Shown here: one piece after another, positions 10,411 through 19,454 of the stretch
Numbering within the stretch: position 1 is the stretch's first letter
Layout of the letters: every line of letters starts with the position of its first letter
Source: an uncultured Gammaproteobacteria bacterium
GTDB lineage: Bacteria; Patescibacteriota; Patescibacteriia; Patescibacteriales; UBA12465
Length of the DNA stretch: 34,825 bases
NCBI GenBank assembly: GCA_964572055.1
Contig: CAZNDY010000003.1
Span: 3,928 to 38,752, forward strand
Direction of reading: 5' to 3'
Notes under the pieces: model-generated
Databases searched by the model: none
What the model saw: only the letters and a program-made list of their open reading frames with translations
What the model was told of the DNA's origin: nothing
Made by a program: the position numbers and the translations under genes

Positions 10411-10427
10411 ATTCTTATATAAATTAT

Positions 10428-10498
10428 TCGGGGATCGTCTAATGGTAGGACAACAGGTTCTGGTCCTGTTTATCTGGGTTCGAATCCTAGTCCCCGAG
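10428..10498 (+). tRNA. tRNA-Gln (anticodon CTG), CCA not encoded
   Basis: Acceptor TCGGGGA/TCCCCGA, D-arm GTC-TAATGGTAG-GAC, anticodon arm ACAGG-TTCTGGT-CCTGT, T-arm CTGGG-TTCGAAT-CCTAG, discriminator G. Confidence 0.97.
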
Positions 10499-10499
10499 C
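10480..10499 (+). repeat. putative attL (3' end of tRNA-Gln)
   Basis: TCGAATCCTAGTCCCCGAGC, matched by 28565-28584. Confidence 0.65.
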
Positions 10500-10560
10500 A
10501 GATGTTTCTCTTTTGTGAGAGACCGACTTGCATCCTTATTTTATAGGGATAAAGTGAAGG

Positions 10561-10652
10561 GAACTGGCTTATGCCAGTTCTTTTTGTTTTAGTCAAATTG
10601 AATAAAATGTCAGTAATTAGATGACTTAAGTGGTTCGAATTCATTTAGGTTT
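10561..10652 (+). repeat. ~92-bp intergenic direct repeat, copy 1 (terminator hairpin plus TTCGAAT-loop hairpin)
   Basis: Aligns by hand to 11448-11540 with about 15 mismatches and 1 gap over 93 columns. Begins with GAACTGGC-TTAT-GCCAGTTC-TTTTT. Confidence 0.85.
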
Positions 10653-10733
10653 TGAAATTTTAGAAAAATTATTTTTTTAATCTCTTAAATTATGCTATAA
10701 TTTTTATTAAAAGATATATAATTATTAACTTTG

Positions 10734-11372
10734 ATGAAATTTATGAACAATCTTCCAGAAAAAGGAACAAAAGAATACGCATTAGCAGATGTTCTTTCTA
10801 GACCTAATGCAATTAATGGTTTATATAGAAAATTAAAATTACCTTTGGAATGGGAAAATTTAAATAAAAAATCCGCCATCTACATAACACATGTGGCAGA
10901 TTTAGCAGACAGAGTTATACAAGAAGCTAGGGATAACGGAAAGGATTTGGATAACAGTAAAGTTCAGGAAGAGATACAAGCTGCTTTTTATGGTGGTTCA
11001 ACTAGTGCATCTATTTCTTTCGTTTATTTTAAGTACAAATTATTAATTTTTGGAGTAATAACCTATATACTGTCTGTTATGTCCTCGGCAGAAGATGTAC
11101 AAGGAAATTCTGTTGCGCCAATTTTCATAATCGTCTTATCAATAATAACAACAATAGTGTTTATGATTATGGCAGTAGCTCGTTTGTGGAAAAAAAATAA
11201 AATTACTTCGATATTGTTGTTTGTTTTTTCTTCACTTAATTTAGTTATATCATCATTGTTGATTCATTGGATTAGTTTTTTTGTTTTCCTTTGGGCGATG
11301 TATCTTCTTTGGAAGTTGGTGAAAAATGAAAAATCTACTAACCAAAATACTCTAAATACTTTTTCTAAGTAG
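10734..11372 (+). CDS. hypothetical membrane protein (soluble N-terminus, about 4 C-terminal TM helices)
   Basis: ORF with hydrophobic segments; TGC-TATAAT extended -10 at 10693-10701. The start could also be 10743. Confidence 0.7.
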   Translation: MKFMNNLPEKGTKEYALADVLSRPNAINGLYRKLKLPLEWENLNKKSAIYITHVADLADRVIQEARDNGKDLDNSKVQEEIQAAFYGGSTSASISFVYFKYKLLIFGVITYILSVMSSAEDVQGNSVAPIFIIVLSIITTIVFMIMAVARLWKKNKITSILLFVFSSLNLVISSLLIHWISFFVFLWAMYLLWKLVKNEKSTNQNTLNTFSK

Positions 11373-11447
11373 TTTTTAGTTTTTTTTAAAGTCTAATTTT
11401 GATATTTAGTTCGTATATTTCTCTTTACTTTATAGAACAAATAAAAA

Positions 11448-11540
11448 GAGCTGGCTTATGGCAGTTCTTTTTATTTTAGTTAAATTAGATAAAATGACCG
11501 AAAATAAAGGATTTAAGTGGTTTGAATCTCACTTAGGTTT
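11448..11540 (+). repeat. intergenic direct repeat, copy 2
   Basis: GAGCTGGCTTATGGCAGTTCTTTTTATTTTAGTTAAATTAGATAAAATG...ATTTAAGTGGTTTGAATCTCACTTAGGTTT. Confidence 0.85.
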
Positions 11541-11626
11541 TTTTATTTTTTCTTTATATAAATTTTAATTGAATTTTGAATAAATTTGTGATAAAATTTG
11601 TATAAATTAATTTAAATTTATAATAT

Positions 11627-12784
11627 ATGAAAGAAATAAGTGATGTAATTATAAAAAAATCGGATCAACTAAAAAATTTGGGTATAAATTATTTAAAAAG
11701 TTGTTTTTCATCATTGGAGGACCAAAATTCAATTAGACAAAAATTTTCAAATATTTCTGGAAAAACGGGACAATATTTTGTTCCTGAAAAATTATTTCAA
11801 AAAAGAACGGCAAGGAAAAATCGAGCCTTAATTCCGTTTGAACACGTTGTAAAATCCAATTTAACATATGAACAGCTAGACACTTTTGAAGGTGGTGTTG
11901 TTGTTGAGTTTGTTAATAATGACTATTTTGATCAACTCAAATTGCCAGAACATCAACAGAATGAAGTGTTTAAAAAAATTAAAGATAGACTCGGGTCAAA
12001 TGATAATGTTTCAGGGATAATTGATATTAGAAGTGTTGGTGATTCTTCTTCTCATGTTCAAAGAATAGCCCTGGAGAAATTAGAAGAATTTTTGAATAGT
12101 AGCAACAAAAGAATAGAAGAAGTGTTACTCAAAAGAGATCATAGGATTAATTATACTGGTCAAGGCAATGACAAATGGAGCGGTTACGTTTATTATTCTG
12201 TAAAAGGCGGACAACAAAATGCAAGAGATTCTCATGATGAGTACAGTATTCCATCGCAAGAAATTCAATTATTTAATCCTTCCGTAGAGTATGCAGGATC
12301 AATTGTTTCTAATGATATTACATTAGTTTTGATTTATTTTGCAATGTTTTCAGTGCCCGAAAAAAGAAGAAATGATAATTGGAAAAATTTAATTACACAA
12401 TATTTAAAATATTTTTCTACTAGAAAATACAACAATAAAACACTTAGTGATTATGTTACCAATCATATTTCTTTAAAACTTGAAGAGGGAAAGTTGCTAG
12501 ATCCTATTCAAGTTAGCCCGATTCATATAGAAGATTTTGCAATTAATAGTCGGGAAGAAAATTCTTTAGATATAACCCATCAGACATCTGTAAATAGATA
12601 TAGTTATATATGGGATGAAGAATTGGGAATATTATTGACTGCGGCAAGACCAACTAATTTATTTTGGTCTAAACATTTATCAAATATGATGCAACAAGAT
12701 TTTTCTTTAAAGGAATATTTTATGCATCAACGCGAAATAGTGTCAAAATGGGATGAATACGGAATTGATAAACTAGACGAATAA
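11627..12784 (+). CDS. putative type II restriction endonuclease (tentatively BstXI-like)
   Basis: Convergent with a DNA methylase. The N-terminal KTGQ...LFQKRTARKNRALIPF recalls the BstXI-family N-terminus (from memory, unverified). Confidence 0.6.
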   Translation: MKEISDVIIKKSDQLKNLGINYLKSCFSSLEDQNSIRQKFSNISGKTGQYFVPEKLFQKRTARKNRALIPFEHVVKSNLTYEQLDTFEGGVVVEFVNNDYFDQLKLPEHQQNEVFKKIKDRLGSNDNVSGIIDIRSVGDSSSHVQRIALEKLEEFLNSSNKRIEEVLLKRDHRINYTGQGNDKWSGYVYYSVKGGQQNARDSHDEYSIPSQEIQLFNPSVEYAGSIVSNDITLVLIYFAMFSVPEKRRNDNWKNLITQYLKYFSTRKYNNKTLSDYVTNHISLKLEEGKLLDPIQVSPIHIEDFAINSREENSLDITHQTSVNRYSYIWDEELGILLTAARPTNLFWSKHLSNMMQQDFSLKEYFMHQREIVSKWDEYGIDKLDE

Positions 12785-12793
12785 AAAAATAAT

Positions 12794-14878
12794 TTAACTG
12801 TTCTGCGATTTTTCTATTCTTTCGCATGCAAGTTTAAAATATTCTTTATTTATTTCAAATCCAACATTTTTTATTCCCTTATTTTGCATTAATATACTGG
12901 TAGTTCCGCTACCTAGGTATGGGTCGACAATGGTTGATTTTTTGTTTAAAAAAGGAATTAGAAGTTCAGGAATTTCTTCTGGATATGGCGCGGTGTGACC
13001 TACTATATTTTTTCCTTTTGAATTAATCTTTTTGACGGAGTCTATTTTTTTCACTTGAGTAGATTTCATTTTTGTGAATTTATTTTTTGCAAATATAATA
13101 CAATGTTCGTACGAATTAATTGGGTTAATATAACCCGCAAAAAGATTAGAGGTTGAGTTTCTTTTGCTTTCTACCTCTCCTTTGTCCCAGATAATGTTAG
13201 AAATTGTTTTAAATCCAATGAGCTCAAATATAAAGATTGAATAAAAGCCTAGCATTTGCCTTCTTTTAGACATGTTTGATTGAATATATATGTTATCTTG
13301 TCCAACAACATCGCCTATGTTGTAAATATATATTCCATTTTTATCCATTGATGTTATTACTGCCTTGGCATTTATCATCATGTCTATTAAATATAATAGT
13401 AAATTTTGCCATTGGGAATATTCTCTTGCGTTGTAGTAAGGAGGAGAAGTTACGGCTCCCTGAAATTTAGGTATATTAAGTTTTTTGTTTAGAAATGGTA
13501 GGATGTAAGAAGAGTCACCATTTATGATAGTACTGTTATCTATTTGCTTAATATTATAGTTTGTATTTTTTTCTTTGAATTTTATATTTTCAGCAATAGA
13601 ACTAAATAGTTTAAAAATTAGCAAATTATTAATCCTATTTTTATTGTCGAAAGAAAAATATTTAGATTTTTTAACTCTTCTATTTTTAAAAATTTTTTGT
13701 TCAAAATTTGTATTTATTAAAAGAATAGAATCGTTAGCCCATGTATATAAAGAAATTAATTTTTCAAGTAAAGATCCTGTTGGTTTAATAATATCTCTTC
13801 TCATGTGAAAATAAATTTCGTTGTCTATTTTGTCAAAATTATCATTTCTCTCTAATAATACCTGTCTTTTTGCTGCGAGTAGGTCATATCTTTTGCCACG
13901 ACCAATTTTACTTCTGGCCGGGCAAGAGGGATTTGTGCATTCGAAGCTTTTATATAATATCCTTGAGTAAGAATTGCCACGAACCAATTCCTTGTGACAA
14001 GCTGGACATTTTTTAGGCTGTTCGTCTAATTCAAATTTTTGCATAACAAGAATTTGGTTTATTCCATCTTCAGTAATAAACAAATCTTTAAATTGAAAAC
14101 CGTATGATATGCCATCATAAAATGCATTTACCAAATTATCGATTTGATGTGAATATTTAATTTGAGGGTGGCTTTTTAAAAAACAAGTAAGTTCTTTGAT
14201 TCTTTCGTCTCTATTTCCTCTATTGAATACATCAAAATTTTTTTCAAGTCGAAAATTTTCCATATAAACTGAAACATCCGAAATAATTTTCCAATCAACT
14301 TTAGAGTCTTTATTATTAAAAATTAATATCATGTGATGATAGTTGGATAGATTAGAATAATTGTTTTCAATAATTTCAGCAATATTGTCTGATGAATAAT
14401 GGTCGTTATTATTTATTGTTAATACAATTAACTCATATTTATCTTTTTGCAGATTGTGGATATATTCTATATATTTTTTAGAATAATTTTTTTCTTTATT
14501 TAAAACCAATTTTTTAATTCTGGCAATTAAAGATTTTTTCATGAGTGGCTCATTCTTGTTAAATCCTTTTTTGATTAGCATATAGGCCTTGTTTATGTCA
14601 TTATTATCAATATCTATCTTTTTTATATTTTTGAATATATTTTTATCTTTAAGTGGATATCCTAGAAGATATTTTCTTATTGTTTCTTTTTCTACGGAAT
14701 TGATTTTGATATCTTTTTTAGACTTTATATCATTAATAATTGATGTTAACTTATTATCTATAACCCGAGTTATATCTAAAACTAAGACGTCAAGAATCTT
14801 TTCATTAAGCGAATAATCTAGTTTTAATTTTTTGAGGTCATTATTGAGTATTGCAAGAATGTTTTTTTTATTATACAT
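12794..14878 (-). CDS. large beta-class amino-DNA methyltransferase (probably N4-cytosine) with internal zinc ribbon
   Basis: VTSPPYYNAREY (motif IV) precedes HTAPYP and DPYLGSGT (motif I); CPAC...CTNPSC zinc ribbon; long N-terminal extension. Confidence 0.88.
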   Translation of the reverse strand: MYNKKNILAILNNDLKKLKLDYSLNEKILDVLVLDITRVIDNKLTSIINDIKSKKDIKINSVEKETIRKYLLGYPLKDKNIFKNIKKIDIDNNDINKAYMLIKKGFNKNEPLMKKSLIARIKKLVLNKEKNYSKKYIEYIHNLQKDKYELIVLTINNNDHYSSDNIAEIIENNYSNLSNYHHMILIFNNKDSKVDWKIISDVSVYMENFRLEKNFDVFNRGNRDERIKELTCFLKSHPQIKYSHQIDNLVNAFYDGISYGFQFKDLFITEDGINQILVMQKFELDEQPKKCPACHKELVRGNSYSRILYKSFECTNPSCPARSKIGRGKRYDLLAAKRQVLLERNDNFDKIDNEIYFHMRRDIIKPTGSLLEKLISLYTWANDSILLINTNFEQKIFKNRRVKKSKYFSFDNKNRINNLLIFKLFSSIAENIKFKEKNTNYNIKQIDNSTIINGDSSYILPFLNKKLNIPKFQGAVTSPPYYNAREYSQWQNLLLYLIDMMINAKAVITSMDKNGIYIYNIGDVVGQDNIYIQSNMSKRRQMLGFYSIFIFELIGFKTISNIIWDKGEVESKRNSTSNLFAGYINPINSYEHCIIFAKNKFTKMKSTQVKKIDSVKKINSKGKNIVGHTAPYPEEIPELLIPFLNKKSTIVDPYLGSGTTSILMQNKGIKNVGFEINKEYFKLACERIEKSQNS

Positions 14879-14982
14879 ATTTTTTGTTATTTTTTAGAAT
14901 TAAGTTGTTGTTATAACTTGTTGTTTTAATCATTTAATTTGTTGTAGTTTGATTCTATCATAAATTAGAATTTTTTACACTA

Positions 14983-16338
14983 TCAATTTTTAAGCCATAT
15001 TTTTTTATTTTTCATAATTAATTTGCTTTCCATATTTCCCAATATTTCTCTTTTTTCTAATAAATTTCCTTCTCTTAAAACATACTTAACATAATTTCTC
15101 ATATCTATCTCTTTTTGCTTATCAAAATCAATATCAGTTTTTCCAAGTATTCCTTTGCTAAACTTATAGTATCTCTCAATTTCTTCATTAAATTGATGTT
15201 GTATGCCTAATTCATTAATATCTATTTCGTCTATTATTTTTATTAATTGCTCAATTAATTCTTCTTCTCTAATATAACCACATTTACAGTTAATATCCTT
15301 ACCTCTAGTACAGCCATAATAGACATATCTTCTAACTGAGCCATCGTTCAGTTTTTTAAATTTTTCTTCAGCTGTTATACTCGATCCACATAATCCACAT
15401 TTCATTAATTTAGTGAAGGCAAATTCCTTGCATTCATGTCTTTGAATATTATCTCTACTTAATTGTTCGTTGGCTTTTAAATATAAATCTTTTGATATTA
15501 TCGGATCATGATTTCCTTGATACCACTTATCACTCCCAATAGGGTATTCAAATTCTCCATAATAGAAAGTTTCTTTAATTAATCTATAAAGCATACTAAG
15601 AGTCATATTTTTATTATTCTTAGTTTTAAAATTGGTTTCTTCTTTAAGCCATTTATATATCTTTCTGCCACTTAATTTATCATAGGCAAATTTCTCAAAT
15701 ATCTTTTTAATTATCGGAGCTCTCTTGGGATCAGTAAATACTCTTTTGCCACCTTTATCACCGTACTTGTCGTGAAGATATCCTAGAGGAGCTGGTCCTG
15801 GTCGCCAACCTTGCTCACATTTAGCTCTAAGTCCTCGTTTTACATTTTGCCCTTTATGGTCATTTTCTAATTTAGCCTGAGAACCTAGTATCATCAGCAA
15901 GAATTTCTCATTAGGATTATTAGTAAATTTCTGTCCATGAGTTCTGATTTCTTTAATTAGTCCTTGATCCATTAAATCTACTATTGCTCCTAAGTCCCCA
16001 GCATTTCTACTTAATCTATCGGGAGCCCAACAAAGTATTCCGTTAAACATCCCTGATTTAATATCAGTAATTAATTGATTAAATATTGGTCTTTGTCCTG
16101 AATCTTTAGCGCTATGACTTTCTTTTCTAACCTCTACTATATCCATATTTTCACTCTTAGCCATTTCTAACATTTCTTTGATTTGAGAATCTATAGAAAG
16201 GGCTTGAAGTTCGTCTGATTCGGTTGATTTGCGAGCGTATAGGCAATACTTTGTTGGAATCTCAATTAGCTCCAAATTAGCCCTATTTTGCTCCCTAATG
16301 GCTGTACTTGGTCCATAAGACCTTAGTTCTTGATTCAT
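14983..16338 (-). CDS. large serine recombinase (resolvase + recombinase + zinc-ribbon domains)
   Basis: YARKS catalytic motif, SIDSQ, PDRLSRN, PLGY, FYYG, HDPIIS, CGLCG...YYGC...C. Confidence 0.95.
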   Translation of the reverse strand: MNQELRSYGPSTAIREQNRANLELIEIPTKYCLYARKSTESDELQALSIDSQIKEMLEMAKSENMDIVEVRKESHSAKDSGQRPIFNQLITDIKSGMFNGILCWAPDRLSRNAGDLGAIVDLMDQGLIKEIRTHGQKFTNNPNEKFLLMILGSQAKLENDHKGQNVKRGLRAKCEQGWRPGPAPLGYLHDKYGDKGGKRVFTDPKRAPIIKKIFEKFAYDKLSGRKIYKWLKEETNFKTKNNKNMTLSMLYRLIKETFYYGEFEYPIGSDKWYQGNHDPIISKDLYLKANEQLSRDNIQRHECKEFAFTKLMKCGLCGSSITAEEKFKKLNDGSVRRYVYYGCTRGKDINCKCGYIREEELIEQLIKIIDEIDINELGIQHQFNEEIERYYKFSKGILGKTDIDFDKQKEIDMRNYVKYVLREGNLLEKREILGNMESKLIMKNKKIWLKN

Positions 16339-16493
16339 ACGTTTTATTCATTAATTATTAATACTAATCAATGAATGACGTAAAGACCGAACTAAGTCTA
16401 GATGCTGAGAGTAGGTAAGAAGTTAATAACTTTTGCTTTATTTTTGGTTAAATTTATGTTAAAGTTAGATAATAAAAAAATTAATTATTTTTT

Positions 16494-17186
16494 ATGAATC
16501 CTGGATATATTGGATTGATCGAATCTATTTTAAAGAGCAAAAAACTCGAAGATTTTATAGGTGTTGAAGAGAGCCTTGAATTTGAGGTCAAAAACAGTAG
16601 TCCTTATGATTTTTCTTCGCCAGGAGATAGATATGAATTGGCAAAAGATGTCTCTTCTTTGGCTAATAGTAAGGGTGGTTATATCATTATTGGACTTAAA
16701 ACCGATCCGTTACAAGAGAGAAAATCTGATATTGTTTCTGAATTAGATCTAATTAAAAAAGAAGATTTTAATTCAGCTATTTATTCTGGAGTTATTAAAG
16801 ATAATATTTTTCCCAATATTGAAAAGATTGATGTTGGCTGGGTGGAAGATGATAGTAAGACTGGCTTTGGCATTGGGTATATTTATATACCGATACAAAA
16901 TGATAATAAAAAATATTTTATTACAAAGAATATAATAGAAGATAATGAAAAAATAAAAAATATAGTTTTTGGTGTATCCGAAAGAAAGGATGGGGATAGC
17001 ATCCCGTTAAATGAAGATAAAATTTACAAGACCTTACAAAGCGGGAAAAGCTCAGTTTCCGAAAGACTAACATCCATAGAAGGGAGTATTAATAAACTAT
17101 TTAGTTTGATTTTAAAAAAAGATAAAAACAAAAAATTAAATAATTTTGATAAAGATATCGAAAATAAAATAAAAAATATTTTATGA
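16494..17186 (+). CDS. Schlafen/AlbA_2-domain protein
   Basis: ESLEFEVK, ELAKDVSSLANSKGGYIIIG; coiled-coil-like tail. Confidence 0.85.
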   Translation: MNPGYIGLIESILKSKKLEDFIGVEESLEFEVKNSSPYDFSSPGDRYELAKDVSSLANSKGGYIIIGLKTDPLQERKSDIVSELDLIKKEDFNSAIYSGVIKDNIFPNIEKIDVGWVEDDSKTGFGIGYIYIPIQNDNKKYFITKNIIEDNEKIKNIVFGVSERKDGDSIPLNEDKIYKTLQSGKSSVSERLTSIEGSINKLFSLILKKDKNKKLNNFDKDIENKIKNIL

Positions 17187-17896
17187 ATATAAAAGAGCCA
17201 CTATATATAATAATCGCTAAACCTTTAGATGATTGTAAAATAAATAATTTTTTTTCTGCAGATGTTGGAGGCGCAAAACATTTATTAGAGCATCCTGGTG
17301 GATTAAGATATGCTGGATGGGATTTAGAAACTTTAGATAATGCTAGGTTGATTAAGGGGGAATATTATGAAGTAGTAAATGGAGATAGAAAAAAAATTCG
17401 TCTGTACGAAGATGGGGTATTAATTATGAAAGTGAGCGCAAATCAAAATTTTTTAGGATGGGGCAGAAATCCAGATAATTTTTTAAATAGCCCAAGATTG
17501 AATCCCATTGCCTTAATAGAGGTTACTTATAATTTTGTTTATTTCTATTCAAGGCTAATTAGTTTTTTTGATAATGATCCAAAGAGTATAAAATTTGTAA
17601 TTCAATTTAGAGATACTTTTTTGTCAGAAAATAAAAAATTGTATTTAAATCCATATGGAAATGATAGTTTAAATTTTGCCTTTGATGATTATCCTCAAGA
17701 ATCACCAGAGAATTTTATGGAAAAAGATGCTTTATTTTCAAGTCAAGAAATTATAAGCAATAATGCTAGATGTTCTTATGAGTTGATAAAGAAAATTTAT
17801 AATTGGTTTGGCATTACTGATGAAAAAATTCCATTAGTGATAAAGGATGATGGCGGCCTTGATGTTATAGATATTGAAAAGATAAAAAAGATGTAA
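17183..17896 (+). CDS. hypothetical protein translationally coupled to the AlbA_2 gene
   Basis: ATGA overlap with the upstream stop; LRYAGWD motif; shared terminator downstream. Confidence 0.75.
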   Translation: MNIKEPLYIIIAKPLDDCKINNFFSADVGGAKHLLEHPGGLRYAGWDLETLDNARLIKGEYYEVVNGDRKKIRLYEDGVLIMKVSANQNFLGWGRNPDNFLNSPRLNPIALIEVTYNFVYFYSRLISFFDNDPKSIKFVIQFRDTFLSENKKLYLNPYGNDSLNFAFDDYPQESPENFMEKDALFSSQEIISNNARCSYELIKKIYNWFGITDEKIPLVIKDDGGLDVIDIEKIKKM

Positions 17897-17924
17897 ATAA
17901 TGGTAAAGTTTTGATAACATTTAG

Positions 17925-17950
17925 AAAGGCGAGGATCTCCTCGCTTTTTT
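17925..17950 (+). terminator. intrinsic terminator
   Basis: AAAGGCGAGG-ATCT-CCTCGCTTTT followed by T's. Confidence 0.8.
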
Positions 17951-17978
17951 GTTGTAGATAAGTTGTTGGTAATTTTGC

Positions 17979-18007
17979 TTTACTTTTATGTCTTTTTAAG
18001 CTATATT
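17979..18007 (+). promoter_or_regulatory. sigma70-type promoter driving the structured RNA
   Basis: TTTACT-N17-TATATT; the predicted start (~18012-18014) coincides with the first stem. Confidence 0.55.
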
Positions 18008-18011
18008 TATA

Positions 18012-18167
18012 GTGCAAAACTACATTTATATATACGTGAGGATTGAGCCATTTTTTTGGTTTATTTTTTCCTATTCATGCACAGGAACGGACACTTCGAC
18101 CAGCATGAGTAGGATCCTCACGGATACCCAAAATGTAGTTTTGCAACTAGGTCGGGTGTCCGTTTTT
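18012..18167 (+). ncRNA. structured RNA / regulatory leader, C4/CI antisense-RNA-like architecture
   Basis: Nested stems 18013-27/18131-45 (15 bp perfect), 18035-43/18114-22 (9 bp) and 18070-80/18103-13 (11 bp). Loop 18086-18101 is complementary to 18150-18164, which is followed by a T run. Confidence 0.7.
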
Positions 18168-18210
18168 GTTAAATTATATTAATTTTAATTTATATATAAT
18201 TATTAAGATT

Positions 18211-18807
18211 ATGAAAAATAAAATTATAAGAAATATTTTTTTTATTATTTTTTCAGCAATCGTTATATTAGTAAGTTTTATTATTGGCAATCTTTTAGGT
18301 GGCTTTGTCGGTGGTGCTTTGGGTTCTTTGTTGGCAGTAATTTATATTGAATATCGCTTATCCAAAAAAAATATTAGTCTGATAAGAATTAACTTAAATA
18401 AGAAAGATTATACACTTATTATTGTTGTCTTTTTGGTAGTTACAATTATTTGTTCTGTATTATATTTTGTTTCCAATAGAGACAGCAAAAAAGAAGAAGA
18501 GGATATTTATGTTAAAAGCCCTGGAAAAGAAATTAAAGAAGAGTTAGATTTTTCTGTAGTTGATGTGGGGCGTTTTTATGACGGCCTGGATGGTTTTTCA
18601 ATTTCTATTCCGTCTGGAAATATTTCTGTTTGTGTCTGGACTTATAATGCTGGTAGTGGTGTTATTCCAAATCTAATTACGACAGAGGCAAGAACTGCGA
18701 CAGAAAAGCATACCATTTCTGTTTATGGAGATGAAGGAGATTTAAAGGTGTTCTGTGTTGACGATTTTGGTGATAAATATATTGGTGTATTTCCAGAAAA
18801 TAATTAA
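18211..18807 (+). CDS. hypothetical membrane protein (about 3 TM plus C-terminal soluble domain)
   Basis: ORF with hydrophobic segments; ATG 18211 preferred over TTG 18166. Confidence 0.7.
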   Translation: MKNKIIRNIFFIIFSAIVILVSFIIGNLLGGFVGGALGSLLAVIYIEYRLSKKNISLIRINLNKKDYTLIIVVFLVVTIICSVLYFVSNRDSKKEEEDIYVKSPGKEIKEELDFSVVDVGRFYDGLDGFSISIPSGNISVCVWTYNAGSGVIPNLITTEARTATEKHTISVYGDEGDLKVFCVDDFGDKYIGVFPENN

Positions 18808-18817
18808 TATAAAAAAT

Positions 18818-19450
18818 ATGAAGAAAAATTTTAAAATGTTTGCAATATCCATAATTTCAATTTTAGGTATTTCAATATTGTTATTTAAAATTTTTAATAG
18901 CCTAGAAACACATTTTTTATTTAATAAAAGCAATAATGAAGAAGATGTAATAATAGAGAAAAAAATTATCATGGAGCAAATAGAAGTAGCAACTTTTTCT
19001 AATAATGAAAAAATATTGGCTTATAGAAAAAATAAAGTTGGGGATATTGTTTACGCCGAAGTGCTTACTATTGATTTAATAACAGGAGAGGAAAAAACGT
19101 ATGTAAAAGAAATATCATCTATAAACCCAGAAGGAGTTTATATTATTAAAGACGTTTTTCTTTTAAAAGATGAAAAACATATTTTAGTTTTAGATAGTTT
19201 TTCTTCTTATCGCACTGGCGATCTTTATTTAATTGATCTAGAAAGTGGTGATATGAAACCCATAAATGATGGGAATGATCCAAAATTAATAAAAGAAGGA
19301 AAATATAAGGACTATCTGCTTCTTCAAAAACATGCTTATGAAGCTATACCAACTTTTGATTATTATGTGATAATTAATCCTTTAACAGGTGAAGAGATTG
19401 AAAATTTAGGAGACAACATAGATAACTTTGATTTTTTAAATATAAAATAA
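18818..19450 (+). CDS. hypothetical membrane-anchored/secreted protein, beta-propeller-like
   Basis: N-terminal signal/anchor; repeated TIDLITGE / LIDLESGD / IINPLTGE blade-like motifs. ATG 18818 preferred. Confidence 0.65.
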   Translation: MKKNFKMFAISIISILGISILLFKIFNSLETHFLFNKSNNEEDVIIEKKIIMEQIEVATFSNNEKILAYRKNKVGDIVYAEVLTIDLITGEEKTYVKEISSINPEGVYIIKDVFLLKDEKHILVLDSFSSYRTGDLYLIDLESGDMKPINDGNDPKLIKEGKYKDYLLLQKHAYEAIPTFDYYVIINPLTGEEIENLGDNIDNFDFLNIK

Positions 19451-19454
19451 TTTT

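Noticed and set aside
10378-10644. 88-aa minus-strand ORF
   Set aside because: It is antisense to tRNA-Gln and its trailer hairpins, so it is a shadow ORF.
10621-10652. GGTTCGAAT as a possible second tRNA
   Set aside because: No D-arm, anticodon arm or acceptor stem can be formed. It is only a T-loop hairpin within the direct repeat.
10561-11540. CRISPR array or classical integron attC sites
   Set aside because: Only two long repeats separated by a gene. No cas or integron integrase gene, and no clear RYYYAAC/GTTRRRY ends.
14880-14982. TTGTTG short repeats upstream of the R-M methylase
   Set aside because: Low-complexity AT-rich sequence; no controller protein or convincing operator symmetry.
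18012-18167. Retron msr-msd or 6S RNA interpretation
   Set aside because: There is no reverse transcriptase in the window. The branched fold with loop-tail pairing and the island location do not fit 6S well.
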